Shown here piece after piece: positions 45,545 to 55,772 of a stretch of DNA of 64,000 nucleotides; the stretch's first letter is position 1; each line of letters begins with the position of its first letter. The stretch covers positions 1 through 64,000 of the forward strand of contig BTVI01000014.1 in the NCBI GenBank assembly GCA_045862955.1. Reading direction: 5' to 3'. The notes under the pieces are model-generated. The model was not told the DNA's origin. It ran no database searches and was given only the letters and a program-made list of their open reading frames with translations. Source of the stretch: Fimbriimonadales bacterium. Lineage in GTDB: Bacteria > Armatimonadota > Fimbriimonadia > Fimbriimonadales > JABRVX01. The translations under genes were made by a program, and so were the position numbers.

Positions 45545-46718
45545 TCAGGTGCACCCGCTCCAACTCGAAGCGCATCAGGTTGCCCTCGCGGCTGATGCGG
45601 ATGGGTACCTTGCTTCCGGGCGGTCCGTTCAGCAGATCTTCGAGCTGTTTGTGCGTGGCGACACGGAGATCCTTGCCGGCCACATCCAGGATGATGTCGC
45701 CTTCCTTGATTCCCGCCTTGGCCGCAGGCGAGTCGGACTTGGTAGTGAAAACTACCCACCTGCCGCGGTCGGAATCGAAGTAGGCCTGCAACCCTATCTC
45801 ACCCGGTGGCGGAAGGAAACCTCCGTCCGTTATGCGCTCGAACCACAGGTGCCTGCGGCGGTAGTCCACCGTCACGTTGAAGTCCCGAATAAAGCGAATG
45901 CCAATCGTCCCGCCAGAAGTCACGTCCGCTGACGGCAGGTCGTGGATACTCCACACTGCGTGCTGGACGGGAATGCCCCCAATGCTGAAGTCGTGCGCCC
46001 ACCAATCGAAGCTGTCCGTCGCGCCCGACGCGACCATCGTCTTGTGCATGTACTTCGGCTCATCATGCTCCGAGAAGCGACCGGCCTTAATGAGGTCTTC
46101 CTTGTAACCGGCGACATAGAACGCGTTGCCAGTGTCGAAAGCCATAGCCTTTTTCAGGTTCCCGAAGCCGACCTCCAAGTTGATCACGTCCCGCCCGCTG
46201 GGAAGCATCTTCACCAGGAATGTCGTCGTCCCATCCGGCGTCCGCTTGGTGATGTCCACCTTGTCGCGAGGATGGAAGATCAGCTTCTTCTCTTTGAAGT
46301 TGAACTCGACGACATAGGGGTTGAGGGCTTGCAGGCCGAGGATGCCGTCACAGTGACGTCCGTAGGCGCGCCCTATATCTGCGACGTGCCACTGAGGCAC
46401 CTCGACCCCCTTGGTTGCCAGACTCATCTCCCCTACCAGAAGGCTCTTCACCTCCACCGTCGGCACCTCGAAGGAGCCGACGAAGTCAATCATTCTCTGC
46501 GTGCCCGCCTTGGGGCCCACGTTGATGCGGTCCGACAGCAGCAGCACCCCGGAGAATCCGGTGTCCAGGAAGAAGGTCGCAGGCTTGCCGTTCACGGAAC
46601 CCTTCACGAAGATGGCCTCGCCGTCGAAGTCTATCGGCACCTCGACGGCCTTGTCTAGCACCGGCAGCAGCGACTGTGTCGCCTGTAGCAGCGTGAGAGA
46701 GAGCAAACTAATCAGCAT
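45504..46718 (-). CDS. Secreted tandem retropepsin-like aspartyl protease with PDZ domain
   Basis: FFLDTGFS and MAFDTGNA, DGILG, C-terminal SPAAKAGIKEGDIILDV. Confidence 0.85.
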   Translation of the reverse strand: MLISLLSLTLLQATQSLLPVLDKAVEVPIDFDGEAIFVKGSVNGKPATFFLDTGFSGVLLLSDRINVGPKAGTQRMIDFVGSFEVPTVEVKSLLVGEMSLATKGVEVPQWHVADIGRAYGRHCDGILGLQALNPYVVEFNFKEKKLIFHPRDKVDITKRTPDGTTTFLVKMLPSGRDVINLEVGFGNLKKAMAFDTGNAFYVAGYKEDLIKAGRFSEHDEPKYMHKTMVASGATDSFDWWAHDFSIGGIPVQHAVWSIHDLPSADVTSGGTIGIRFIRDFNVTVDYRRRHLWFERITDGGFLPPPGEIGLQAYFDSDRGRWVVFTTKSDSPAAKAGIKEGDIILDVAGKDLRVATHKQLEDLLNGPPGSKVPIRISREGNLMRFELERVHLINGTAPNLPAQSQ

Positions 46719-46817
46719 CAACGGCCTTCCTCCGGACAATCGGCGTCGGGAGCGACGCACGCATCTGTGATGCGAGTGTATCCAATGGAACTACGGATTG
46801 TGAGTCTCACGCCGCTC

Positions 46818-47801
46818 CTACTCCGCGCCGTCTGGGGCAACGGGCAGCTGGGAAGCCGCCGAGGCGATGATGACGATGAAGAACAGGCAGCTAAGCAACA
46901 CGCTCACCCCCACTGCGACCCAGGCCCAGATCGCCCACAGCCGCTGTACCGCGAAAAAGTGATCCACGTCTCGAAACGGGCGAGCGCGCCAAGCCCACCG
47001 GTTGCCCGACGCCCCGAACCAGATGGCTGCTGCCAAGGAAGCCAAGCCGAGCAGTTGCGCGACGTTGGCTGCAATTGCATAAGGGGCCATTATCCGCTCG
47101 ACGTCTTCCTGGGGTAGGTCCGTGCCGACCGTCACTTGGTGCTCGACGATAGGCGGGATGACCCGCACCGCGATAACGCCATAGACGAGCAACGACACGA
47201 TGTGCGCGAGGAAGATGGCGATCCCGGCGACATACAGCCGGTGGCTGATTGCCCACAGCCCAGTCAGCCAGAACGCTCCCCAGTTCCACTTCTGTATCGT
47301 GGGGGGCTCTGCAGCGGCCGCCTCGGCGCTCGGCGCGGGCTCCATGACTGGCGGCAACGGCTCGGGCTCGGTGTCGGCGGGTGAAGGGGCGGGGTCCACC
47401 GCACCCGCAGGGCGTTCCGCGTCGGCGTACGACGGGGTCGCAGACCGCAGGTCTTCCAGCAGTTCCCGAAGCTGCGGCAGGTCGGGGTCGAGCAACTTTG
47501 CCTGCTCGGCAGCCTCTAACGCCTCGTCCACTAAGCCCATGCTGCGGAGCTGGGAAGCCAAGTTGAAGCGATGGCGAGCCTCGTTCGGTGCCAGCAAGAC
47601 CGCGTGCTCGAATGCGGCGCGACTCTCCTCCCCACGCCCAAGCCGGTTCAGGGCTGCACCCCGAATAGCATGGGAGTCTGCGTTGTCGGGCTGCTCCCGG
47701 ATGGCGAGGTCGATCACCTCGAGGGACTCGCCGTTGGCACCGTTCTGGAGCAATCTCTTTGCGCGAGCCTGTAGTTCCCGGATTCGGATCGCATCCTCCA
47801 T
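46818..47801 (-). CDS. TPR-repeat membrane protein
   Basis: Three TPR-like helical repeats, Pro/Ala linker, WNWGAF membrane domain; start at MEDAIRIREL. Confidence 0.75.
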   Translation of the reverse strand: MEDAIRIRELQARAKRLLQNGANGESLEVIDLAIREQPDNADSHAIRGAALNRLGRGEESRAAFEHAVLLAPNEARHRFNLASQLRSMGLVDEALEAAEQAKLLDPDLPQLRELLEDLRSATPSYADAERPAGAVDPAPSPADTEPEPLPPVMEPAPSAEAAAAEPPTIQKWNWGAFWLTGLWAISHRLYVAGIAIFLAHIVSLLVYGVIAVRVIPPIVEHQVTVGTDLPQEDVERIMAPYAIAANVAQLLGLASLAAAIWFGASGNRWAWRARPFRDVDHFFAVQRLWAIWAWVAVGVSVLLSCLFFIVIIASAASQLPVAPDGAE

Positions 47802-47930
47802 TACGACGTGAGGACTTCGCGTTAGCCCGGCGGCTCCCTGCATCGTGGAGCCTTGCAGGAATCCAACCGATGGGTGCGAACCAGAAGCCGGCACGACCGA
47901 GACGGTGGCCGACTACGGAGGGTTGGAAGA

Positions 47931-49094
47931 ATGAAGAAAGCGTGGGAGATGTGGTTGGGCGCGCTGGCGCTCTGTGCGCTCGGTGCGGGTTGTGGAGGGC
48001 CCGCGGAGAAGGCTGGCGAAGGCGATACCATCAAGGTCGGTCTGTTCACCAGCCTGACCGGGGACAGCGCGAACTGGGGGCAAGCAACAAAGGAAGCGGT
48101 CATGCTCGCGATTGACGAGGCGAACGCCGCGGGTGGCGTCCTCGGCAAGAAGATCGAGCTGCTGATCGAAGACGACATGAGCACACCGGAGCGCTCGAAG
48201 ACGGTCTCCGAGAAGCTCGTGAACGAGTTCGGCGTGGTGGCTCTGCTTGGTGAAGTTGCCTCCGGCAACACCAAGATGGGTGCGGAGGTGGCCCAAAAGG
48301 CTGGCATCCCGCTGATCAGCTCGGCGTCCACACGCGTGGACTTGGCAGACATCGGCTCTTCCTTCAACCGCGTGTGTTACACGGACGACTTCCAAGGTGC
48401 CGCGTGCGCGCGCTTCGCACTGGACCGCGGTTGGAAGAACATCGCACTCCTGATCGACCGCAAGAACCCCTATGCCGAAGGGCTGGCCGACAACTTCCGG
48501 GCCTACGCGAAGCGGAAGGGCGCGAACATCGTGATAGAGCAGTACTATCAGCGAGGCGATGCCGAGTTTCAGTCGCAGCTCGTGAAGATCAAGACCGCGA
48601 ACCCCCAAGTAGTCTTCCTGCCCGGCTACCACACCGAGGTCGTGGCCATTGTTCGCCAAGCCCGCTCCATCGGGCTGGACGTGCCATTCCTAGGTGGGGA
48701 TGGATGGGACAACCCGGAGCTGTTCCAGAATGCGGGCAAGGCCATCGTGGGCTGCTTCTTCTCCGACCACTTCACGCCGGACGACCCCAGGCCCGAGGCG
48801 CAGGCATTCGTGAAGGCTTATCAGGCCAAGTACGGTAGACGTCCCGAGGCTATCGCGGCGCTCGGATACGACTCCGCGCTGGTGCTTATAGACGCCATCA
48901 AGCGGGCGGGCACGACGGAGCCCGAGGCGCTGAAGAAGGCCATCCGCGACACGGAGGGCTTCCGCGGCGCCACCGGCGTGATCTCGATTGACGACAAGGG
49001 CAACGCGCGCAAGCCCATCGTGATGATCGAGATCCAACCGGACGGCGCATTCAAGGCGATCCAGAGCGTGGAGTGGTTCGATCCGAACGAGTAG
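47931..49094 (+). CDS. Branched-chain amino acid ABC transporter substrate-binding lipoprotein (LivJ/K family)
   Basis: LGAGC lipobox, IKVG..SLTG, NAAGGVLGKKIEL, RVCYTD, GGDGWD. Confidence 0.92.
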   Translation: MKKAWEMWLGALALCALGAGCGGPAEKAGEGDTIKVGLFTSLTGDSANWGQATKEAVMLAIDEANAAGGVLGKKIELLIEDDMSTPERSKTVSEKLVNEFGVVALLGEVASGNTKMGAEVAQKAGIPLISSASTRVDLADIGSSFNRVCYTDDFQGAACARFALDRGWKNIALLIDRKNPYAEGLADNFRAYAKRKGANIVIEQYYQRGDAEFQSQLVKIKTANPQVVFLPGYHTEVVAIVRQARSIGLDVPFLGGDGWDNPELFQNAGKAIVGCFFSDHFTPDDPRPEAQAFVKAYQAKYGRRPEAIAALGYDSALVLIDAIKRAGTTEPEALKKAIRDTEGFRGATGVISIDDKGNARKPIVMIEIQPDGAFKAIQSVEWFDPNE

Positions 49095-49283
49095 TCCGCG
49101 CCGAGTGGCAGTCATTGCCGGGCAGGCGAAGGGAAGGGATGGACTGCGAATGCCTCCGCCGCTTGCGGTCGGGCCTCGTTCCGAGTTGCCCGGTGCCCGC
49201 CGCGAGACTCATCCACCGCAAGTGGCGGAGGCGCGCGCTACGATCGGTTCGGCACGGGAGAGGTATGCTGATCAAACGACTTC

Positions 49284-50195
49284 ATGGATGAACTGATCCA
49301 ACAGCTCATCGTTGGTCTGCAGGCGGGGGCGGTCTATGCGCTGATCGCCCTCGGCTACACAATGGTCTATGGGGTGCTCCGGCTTATCAACTTCGCGCAC
49401 GGCGAAGTGTACATGGTCGGAGCGTTCACTGCGCTCTTCATCTCCCGCTGGCTGCAGGCCCCTGCCGAACCGACTGTGTGGAAGCTCGTCGCGATGCTGG
49501 TGGGGGCGATGGCTGTGTGCACGCTGCTCGGGATGAGCATCGAGTACTTTGCCTATCGCCCGCTACGAAAGCAGCCGCGCATCGCTTCCCTCATCACCGC
49601 AATCGGCGTATCGCTCTTCCTGCAGAACGTAGCGATCCTCATCTTCCCGATCAATCCGCCCCCCGCCATCTCCCCGAACGTCATGCCGTTCCCGCCGTCG
49701 TTCTCCGTGGGTGCGGTGCGCGTGGACATCGGCAAGATGACCATCCTGGCGATGTCCGTGTTGCTGATGTTCATCCTTCGCTGGCTAGTGATGGGCACGA
49801 AGATGGGGCGCGGAATGCGAGCGGCCTCCCACGACTTCGATGCCGCTGCTCTGATGGGAGTGAACGTCAATAAGGTGGTGACGTTCACATTCGCCGTAGG
49901 TTCTGCTCTCGCGGGTGCCGCGGCTATGCTGAACGCCACCTTCCTGGGCACCACCCTCAACAACGTGTACGGGCTGATGCCAGGCGTCAAGGCGTTCGTG
50001 GCTGCGGTACTGGGTGGCATCGGCAACATTCCCGGAGCGGCTCTCGGAGGGATGCTGATGGGGCTTGCCGAGACCGGGGTCTCCGCCATCGGTTTCTCCA
50101 ACTATCGCGACGCCGTGGCGTTCGTGATACTCATCGTGGTGCTTCTTCTGCGACCAGGCGGCCTGCTCGGCAGTGCAAAGGCGGAGAAGGTCTGA
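49284..50195 (+). CDS. livH: Branched-chain amino acid ABC permease LivH
   Basis: YALIALGYTMVYGVLRLINFAHGE, KAFVAAVLGGIG, RPGGLLG. Confidence 0.93.
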   Translation: MDELIQQLIVGLQAGAVYALIALGYTMVYGVLRLINFAHGEVYMVGAFTALFISRWLQAPAEPTVWKLVAMLVGAMAVCTLLGMSIEYFAYRPLRKQPRIASLITAIGVSLFLQNVAILIFPINPPPAISPNVMPFPPSFSVGAVRVDIGKMTILAMSVLLMFILRWLVMGTKMGRGMRAASHDFDAAALMGVNVNKVVTFTFAVGSALAGAAAMLNATFLGTTLNNVYGLMPGVKAFVAAVLGGIGNIPGAALGGMLMGLAETGVSAIGFSNYRDAVAFVILIVVLLLRPGGLLGSAKAEKV

Positions 50196-51412
50196 TGGGG
50201 CGCTACTGGACCGTCCGCATATTGAGCATCATCGCGGTGCTGGCGTTAGTGTGGGCCATCGGCAACTACGTGGACAATTACATGCTGAAGGGTGCTGCGG
50301 CTAGCTGGCGCCGCGTGATCTACCTCTGCAGCTTCTACAGCATCCTCGCCGTCAGCCTGAACCTCATCAATGGCATCACGGGGCAGTTCTCCATCGGGCA
50401 CGCAGCGTTCTACCAAGTAGGTGCCTATTCCGCCGCTTACATGTCGTCTCGCGTTCTCACCGAGTCGGGTTTGCCGGGGCCGGTTCTGCTGCTGCTCGTC
50501 ACCGTGCTTGGCGCGGTGTTCGCCGGTGTCGCGGGTTGGGTGGTAGGGTTGCCTTCGCTGCGCTTGAAAGGCGATTACCTGGCCATCGCCACCCTCGGCT
50601 TCGGCGAGATCGTGCGCATCATCGTGCTCAATCAGAAGTGGCTGGGCGGGTCTTACGGCATGACGGGCATTCCTGGCCTGACGCAGCTTTCGTACGTACT
50701 CCTGCTCGTAATCATCGCCGTAGCGGTTTCGCGGAACCTCTGCAAGACCGCCCATGGCCTGGCCTTCGTAGCCATCCGCGAGGATGAAGTGGCTGCCGAC
50801 GCGATGGGAGTGAACACGACCCGCTTCAAGGTGTGGGCTTTCGTGATCGGAGCAGCGCTTGCGGGCGCTGCAGGATCCGTATATGGACACTATGAGGAGT
50901 TCTTGTCGCCCGACTCGTTCAAGATGGACGTATCCTTTATAGTGCTCACGATGGTAGTGGTCGGAGGCTCGGGCAGCATCACGGGCTCGCTCATCGCGGC
51001 AGTAACGCTGATCGCGCTGCAGGAGCGGCTCGCGTATATCTCTCCGATCCCCGCGGGGCCGCTCTATGGAGTTGCTGTGTTCATGCTACTCGGGGCGCTA
51101 ATCACTAGCAGTGCGTGCAGACGACTGCGGCCGCGGCGACTAGTCACGTTCTCGGCGTGGCTGGGGACCGTGGTGGCAGCATTGGTGCTCGGAGTCGTAG
51201 TCGGGAAGATGATGAGCGACGTGTCTAGCCTTGCTCCCGCAATGACGAAGACGTACCGGCCCTCGGACCTGCGAATGGTTCTGTTCGCGCTCAGCCTCAT
51301 TATCATCATGCTGGCACGGCCCCAGGGGTTGCTGGGCCGCTCCGAGTTCTCGCTTGCCGCGCTGGGTAGGATTTTCGGCTCGGGTAAGAGCACCTCGGGG
51401 GCGAGGGCGTGA
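50195..51412 (+). CDS. livM: Branched-chain amino acid ABC permease LivM
   Basis: GQFSIGHAAFY, LRLKGDYLAIATLGFGEIVR, AIREDEVAA, RPQGL. Confidence 0.92.
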   Translation: MGRYWTVRILSIIAVLALVWAIGNYVDNYMLKGAAASWRRVIYLCSFYSILAVSLNLINGITGQFSIGHAAFYQVGAYSAAYMSSRVLTESGLPGPVLLLLVTVLGAVFAGVAGWVVGLPSLRLKGDYLAIATLGFGEIVRIIVLNQKWLGGSYGMTGIPGLTQLSYVLLLVIIAVAVSRNLCKTAHGLAFVAIREDEVAADAMGVNTTRFKVWAFVIGAALAGAAGSVYGHYEEFLSPDSFKMDVSFIVLTMVVVGGSGSITGSLIAAVTLIALQERLAYISPIPAGPLYGVAVFMLLGALITSSACRRLRPRRLVTFSAWLGTVVAALVLGVVVGKMMSDVSSLAPAMTKTYRPSDLRMVLFALSLIIIMLARPQGLLGRSEFSLAALGRIFGSGKSTSGARA

Positions 51413-52185
51413 CCAACGGCGGCCCGATGCTCCGGCTCGACCAGGCGACCATTCGTTTCGGTGGACTGGTTGCGGTCGACCGGTTAGACCTGAACGTGCA
51501 CGACGGCCAGCTATTCGGCATGATAGGCCCGAATGGTGCAGGGAAGACAACCGCCTTTAACATGATAACAGGCGTCTACGAGCCTACTAGCGGGTCCATC
51601 ACTTTCCAGGGCAAGCCCCTCGTCGGGCTGCGACCTTTTCAGGTTGCGGCTCGGGGCATCGCGCGTACGTTTCAAAACATCCGTCTCTTCGGCTCGATGA
51701 CTGCACTGGAGAATGTCGTCGTCGGCTGCTTTCTCAGGCATCGCTCATCGCTAGCATCCGCAATCGGCCTGCTCCCTTCTGCCCTGTTGGAGACACAACG
51801 GTTCCGGAGCGAGGCGATGGAGCTGCTGGACCTAATGGGTCTGGCAGACTGTGCTTCGGCCCGAGCGGCGGACCTACCATATGGGCGGCAGCGGCGTCTG
51901 GAGATCGCCCGCGCACTCGCCACACGCTCCAAGTTGCTCCTGCTCGACGAGCCAGCCGCGGGGATGAACCCTCGCGAAAGCGAAGAGCTGATGCAGATGA
52001 TCCGTCGCCTGCGAGACGAGTTCAAGCAGACGATCCTCCTAATCGAGCACGACATGCGTGTCGTGATGGGCGTGTGTGAGCGGATCGTGGTGCTAGACCA
52101 TGGCGCCAAGATCGCCGAAGGGCCTCCAGACGACATCCGCCGAGACCCCCGCGTGATCGAAGCGTATCTCGGTGAGGCCAACTGA
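51409..52185 (+). CDS. livG: Branched-chain amino acid ABC ATPase LivG
   Basis: GPNGAGKTT, RTFQNIRLF, LLLLDEPAAG, IEHDM, VIEAYLG. Confidence 0.93.
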   Translation: MTNGGPMLRLDQATIRFGGLVAVDRLDLNVHDGQLFGMIGPNGAGKTTAFNMITGVYEPTSGSITFQGKPLVGLRPFQVAARGIARTFQNIRLFGSMTALENVVVGCFLRHRSSLASAIGLLPSALLETQRFRSEAMELLDLMGLADCASARAADLPYGRQRRLEIARALATRSKLLLLDEPAAGMNPRESEELMQMIRRLRDEFKQTILLIEHDMRVVMGVCERIVVLDHGAKIAEGPPDDIRRDPRVIEAYLGEAN

Positions 52186-53933
52186 TGCTGCTCGCCCTTC
52201 TGCTGATGCTCACAGCGGGGGCAGACGACCTCCGGGTCCCCATGCAGTCGTCCGAGCCACTCGCCATCACGGATGTCGTCTGCCCCGAACGAGCCGAGGC
52301 TAACCGAATGATCGAGATTCGGGTGCTGCTGAAGGGCTCGTACACCAACCCGTTCCACCGTGCGCAGATCGAGGTGAACGCAGAGATCTCGGGACCGAGG
52401 GAGACTAAGTGGAGTGTGCCCGCATTCTACTACCAAGACTTCTCGCGGTCCGTCCTCGCGGGAAAAGAGACGCTGAGGCGTGAGGGCGTGCCAGAGTGGC
52501 GGGTGCGCTTCCGGCCCACCCGCCCCGGCCGATGGAGTATCAAGATCGGCGCGGTCGACCTTAACTCGCGAACCGAATCGAAGTCGTACCGAATCGAGGT
52601 CGCCTCCTCTCGAGTCAAGGGGAAGATTCAGCCTAGTAAGTCTTCGCCGGCGTATCTGGAGTACGAGGATGGTGAGCCGTTTTTCGGAGTTGGCCTGAAC
52701 CTGGGATGGCCCGGCGCTAGAGGCCTAGACGACTACGAGGAGTGGTTCGAGAAGCTCGCGGAGAACGGGGGCAACCTAGTGCGCGTTTGGAGCTTCCCTG
52801 GCTGGGCCGGCTTGGAGTGGAGCGACCAGCAGGACGGCACCTGGCGCAGAGGCACGTTCTATGGCCTCGGCAAGTACAGCCTGGACAACGCATGGCTCCT
52901 AGACGGTCTGCTAGCGGCTGCGGATCGGCATGGTATACGCGTGCTGCTGTGCCTCGGCACCTACGGCGAGCTGAAGCAGGACAAGGGCTTCTGGAACGAG
53001 CAGTTGTGGCAGGTCAACCCCTACAACGCCGCTCTGGGAGGTCCGTGCAAGGACCCCGAGGAGTTCTTCACCGATCTCAAAGCGCGTTCGTTCTACCGTC
53101 GTCGCCTGGAATACATCGTAGCTCGATACGCCGCGTACCCTTCGCTATTCGGGTGGGAGTTGTGGAACGAGGTCCATGCACCCGACTATTGGGTCCACGA
53201 GATGGCGCAGGAGCTGATCGCACAGGACCCGTACAAGCATCCGGTAACCACCAGCTACGGCTCGGAGGCGGTCTGGAAGCTCGGCGGGATCGGTTTGCTC
53301 ACCAACCACCTCTACGGTGATGGCACCCAGACCGACCTGGCCGAGAGAATCGAGAAGCTGGGCCGAGAGAACTCACAGTTCGGAAAGCCGCACTTGCTTA
53401 CCGAGCTGGGCATAGACTTCAAGAAGCCCGACCGGGAGTTCGATCCTCAGCGACTTGCAGTCAACTTGCGGATGGGCCTCTGGCAGGCGGCGGCCTCCGG
53501 CTTCGCGGCAGGTGCGCTGAACTGGTGGTGGGATAACTACGTGGCGGCCGCCGATCTATGGAACGTGTACAAGCCGTTCGCCGCGGCGGTACGGCTTGTG
53601 CCTTGGACGAAATCCCCGATGCGGCCCGTTACTTTCGAGCGGACGCCTGCCGGAGTGGTGTGCACGGGCGTCGTGAGCGATCACGGAGGCTTCGTCTGGC
53701 TGAGGTCGCAGACCTACAATTGGCGGGATTGGAAAGGGGAAGAGAGCCTCCACGCCCCGACCGCGCTGGAGCTACGCGGTGCTAAGGACGGTGAGTGGAA
53801 GGCAATTTGGTGGGACACCCATAAAGGCGTCGAGTTGGGGTCAGAGCAACTGGTCGTAAGGAACGGAGCAATGCGACTTCGTACTGTCCCGTTCTCATCT
53901 AGCTTGGCACTCCTGCTTACCAGGGAGCGATGA
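52185..53933 (+). CDS. Secreted clan GH-A glycoside hydrolase-like protein with N-terminal DUF5060-like domain
   Basis: NPF...WRVRFRP..PGRW N-terminal domain, WELWNE acid/base motif, LTELG nucleophile-like motif. Confidence 0.72.
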   Translation: MLLALLLMLTAGADDLRVPMQSSEPLAITDVVCPERAEANRMIEIRVLLKGSYTNPFHRAQIEVNAEISGPRETKWSVPAFYYQDFSRSVLAGKETLRREGVPEWRVRFRPTRPGRWSIKIGAVDLNSRTESKSYRIEVASSRVKGKIQPSKSSPAYLEYEDGEPFFGVGLNLGWPGARGLDDYEEWFEKLAENGGNLVRVWSFPGWAGLEWSDQQDGTWRRGTFYGLGKYSLDNAWLLDGLLAAADRHGIRVLLCLGTYGELKQDKGFWNEQLWQVNPYNAALGGPCKDPEEFFTDLKARSFYRRRLEYIVARYAAYPSLFGWELWNEVHAPDYWVHEMAQELIAQDPYKHPVTTSYGSEAVWKLGGIGLLTNHLYGDGTQTDLAERIEKLGRENSQFGKPHLLTELGIDFKKPDREFDPQRLAVNLRMGLWQAAASGFAAGALNWWWDNYVAAADLWNVYKPFAAAVRLVPWTKSPMRPVTFERTPAGVVCTGVVSDHGGFVWLRSQTYNWRDWKGEESLHAPTALELRGAKDGEWKAIWWDTHKGVELGSEQLVVRNGAMRLRTVPFSSSLALLLTRER

Positions 53934-54020
53934 GACAGGCGGGTAGAATGGCACTGTTCTGGGGGTGCAAGCCTCCACCATGAGCGGTGGAGGCATTTCG
54001 GTTATCCAAAGGAGGTTGAC

Positions 54021-55763
54021 ATGGCAGGAGGCATCGAAGCCTTGAAGCCGCGAGGAGGGGAATTCGCACTGCACGGCGTCCCGATCACCGATATCTTCAT
54101 TCCCGAGGAGTTCTCTGCGGAAGAACGGTTAATGGCAGAGACCGCAGAGAAGTTTTGCCGAGGCGAGGTGCTGCCCCTTCAGGATCGCCTGGATTCGCAA
54201 GAGGACGGCCTCATGTTGGGCCTCCTCCAGAAAGCCGCCGAGCTCGGCTTGGCAGGTCCGGATGCTCCGGCGGAGTACGGGGGACTCGGTTTGGGAAAGC
54301 GAGTCGGCGCCCGCATTCAGGAGATGGCCTCGCTCAACGGCTCGTTCGCTGTAACCATCGGCGTCCAGTCGGGTATTGCACAGCTTCCCATCGCGCTGTT
54401 CGGAACGCCGGAGCAGAAGGCCACGTATCTGCCGAAGCTCAACTCGGGTGAGTGGATGGGAGCCTATGCCCTGAGCGAGCCGAACTATGGCTCCGACGCT
54501 CTAAACGCTGCGAGTCGCGCGGTGCCGTCCGCTGACGGGAAACACTACGTCCTCAACGGCACCAAGATGTGGATTACCAACGCGAAGTGGGCGGATCTCT
54601 TCATCGTGTTCGCACAGCTCGAGGGTTCCAAACTGACGGCGTTCATCGTGGAGCGTGGCTTCCCTGGCGTGGGGGTGGAGAGAGAAGAACACAAACTCGG
54701 AATGAAGGGCTCGTCCACAGCGCGTGTGACGCTGGACGATGCGCTGGTGCCCGTCGAAAACCTGCTTTATAAGCCGGGCAAGGGACACGTGGTCGCCCTG
54801 AATGCGCTGAACATCGGCCGATTCAAGCTGGGCGCGATGGCGCTCGGACCGGCGAGGGAGTCGCTTCGACTCGCTACGGTGTATTCCAAAGAGCGGAAAC
54901 AGTTCGGGAGACCCATCTGCGAGTTCGGGCTGATCCGCCGGAAGCTGGCACGAATGGTGACTGACTACTTTGCCGGTGAAAGTATCCTCTATCGCACGGG
55001 CGACCTAATCGATCGCGCTCTGGCCACCGTAGACCCGGCGAGCCCGACACTAGCAGACGACAACGCTCGGGCCGTGCAGGAGTTCGCGGCCGAATGCTCG
55101 CTGGTGAAGATCGTCTGCTCAGAGGCGCAGGCGTACATCTGTGACGAGGCGATCCAGATTCACGGTGGCTATGGCTTTACCGAGGAGTACGACGTGGCGC
55201 GCCACTGGCGCGATGCCCGCGTGAGCCGCATCTACGAGGGCTCCAACGAGATGAACCGGCTCTTCGCCTATGCGCGTATGATGAAGGGCTTGGCCGAGAC
55301 GGACGAGGAGAGGCGGTCCCTCCTGGTCCAGGCGCTCGACAGACAGCTCGAGGACCCCGCACCTGCCGATCCTGCGGCCCGCTGCACGGGAGCTATCCGC
55401 ACGATGCTGCTACACTGTGCACTCCACTGCCTCTCCAACCCGGAGCGCTCCGCCGACCAGCTCGTGCTGGCGGACATGTCCGACCTGATGGGCAAGCTGT
55501 ACGCGACGGAGACGGTGGTGGCTCGGGCTGAGAAGCTTCGCCAGGACGCCGCAGTCGGTTGCGTCGCGCAGGCTGCTGCACTCTACTGCGCCCACCAGGC
55601 GTATGCGGAGGCGATGCGCCTGTCGAGGGATGTGTTGCTTGCCGTGGGCAGCGACCCGGCAAAGCTAGAGGCGTGCGTCTCACAAGAGCGCATCGAGTTG
55701 CCGCCCCTGATCGAGACCATCGCGCAGAAGACACTGGAAGCGGACGGCTACCCGTTCGGCTAG
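54021..55763 (+). CDS. Acyl-CoA dehydrogenase
   Basis: AYALSEPNYGSDA, LNGTKMWITN, KLGMKGSST, RKQFG, QIHGGYGF, RIYEGSNE; AAGGAGG SD. Confidence 0.94.
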   Translation: MAGGIEALKPRGGEFALHGVPITDIFIPEEFSAEERLMAETAEKFCRGEVLPLQDRLDSQEDGLMLGLLQKAAELGLAGPDAPAEYGGLGLGKRVGARIQEMASLNGSFAVTIGVQSGIAQLPIALFGTPEQKATYLPKLNSGEWMGAYALSEPNYGSDALNAASRAVPSADGKHYVLNGTKMWITNAKWADLFIVFAQLEGSKLTAFIVERGFPGVGVEREEHKLGMKGSSTARVTLDDALVPVENLLYKPGKGHVVALNALNIGRFKLGAMALGPARESLRLATVYSKERKQFGRPICEFGLIRRKLARMVTDYFAGESILYRTGDLIDRALATVDPASPTLADDNARAVQEFAAECSLVKIVCSEAQAYICDEAIQIHGGYGFTEEYDVARHWRDARVSRIYEGSNEMNRLFAYARMMKGLAETDEERRSLLVQALDRQLEDPAPADPAARCTGAIRTMLLHCALHCLSNPERSADQLVLADMSDLMGKLYATETVVARAEKLRQDAAVGCVAQAAALYCAHQAYAEAMRLSRDVLLAVGSDPAKLEACVSQERIELPPLIETIAQKTLEADGYPFG

Positions 55764-55772
55764 GGAGGAAAC

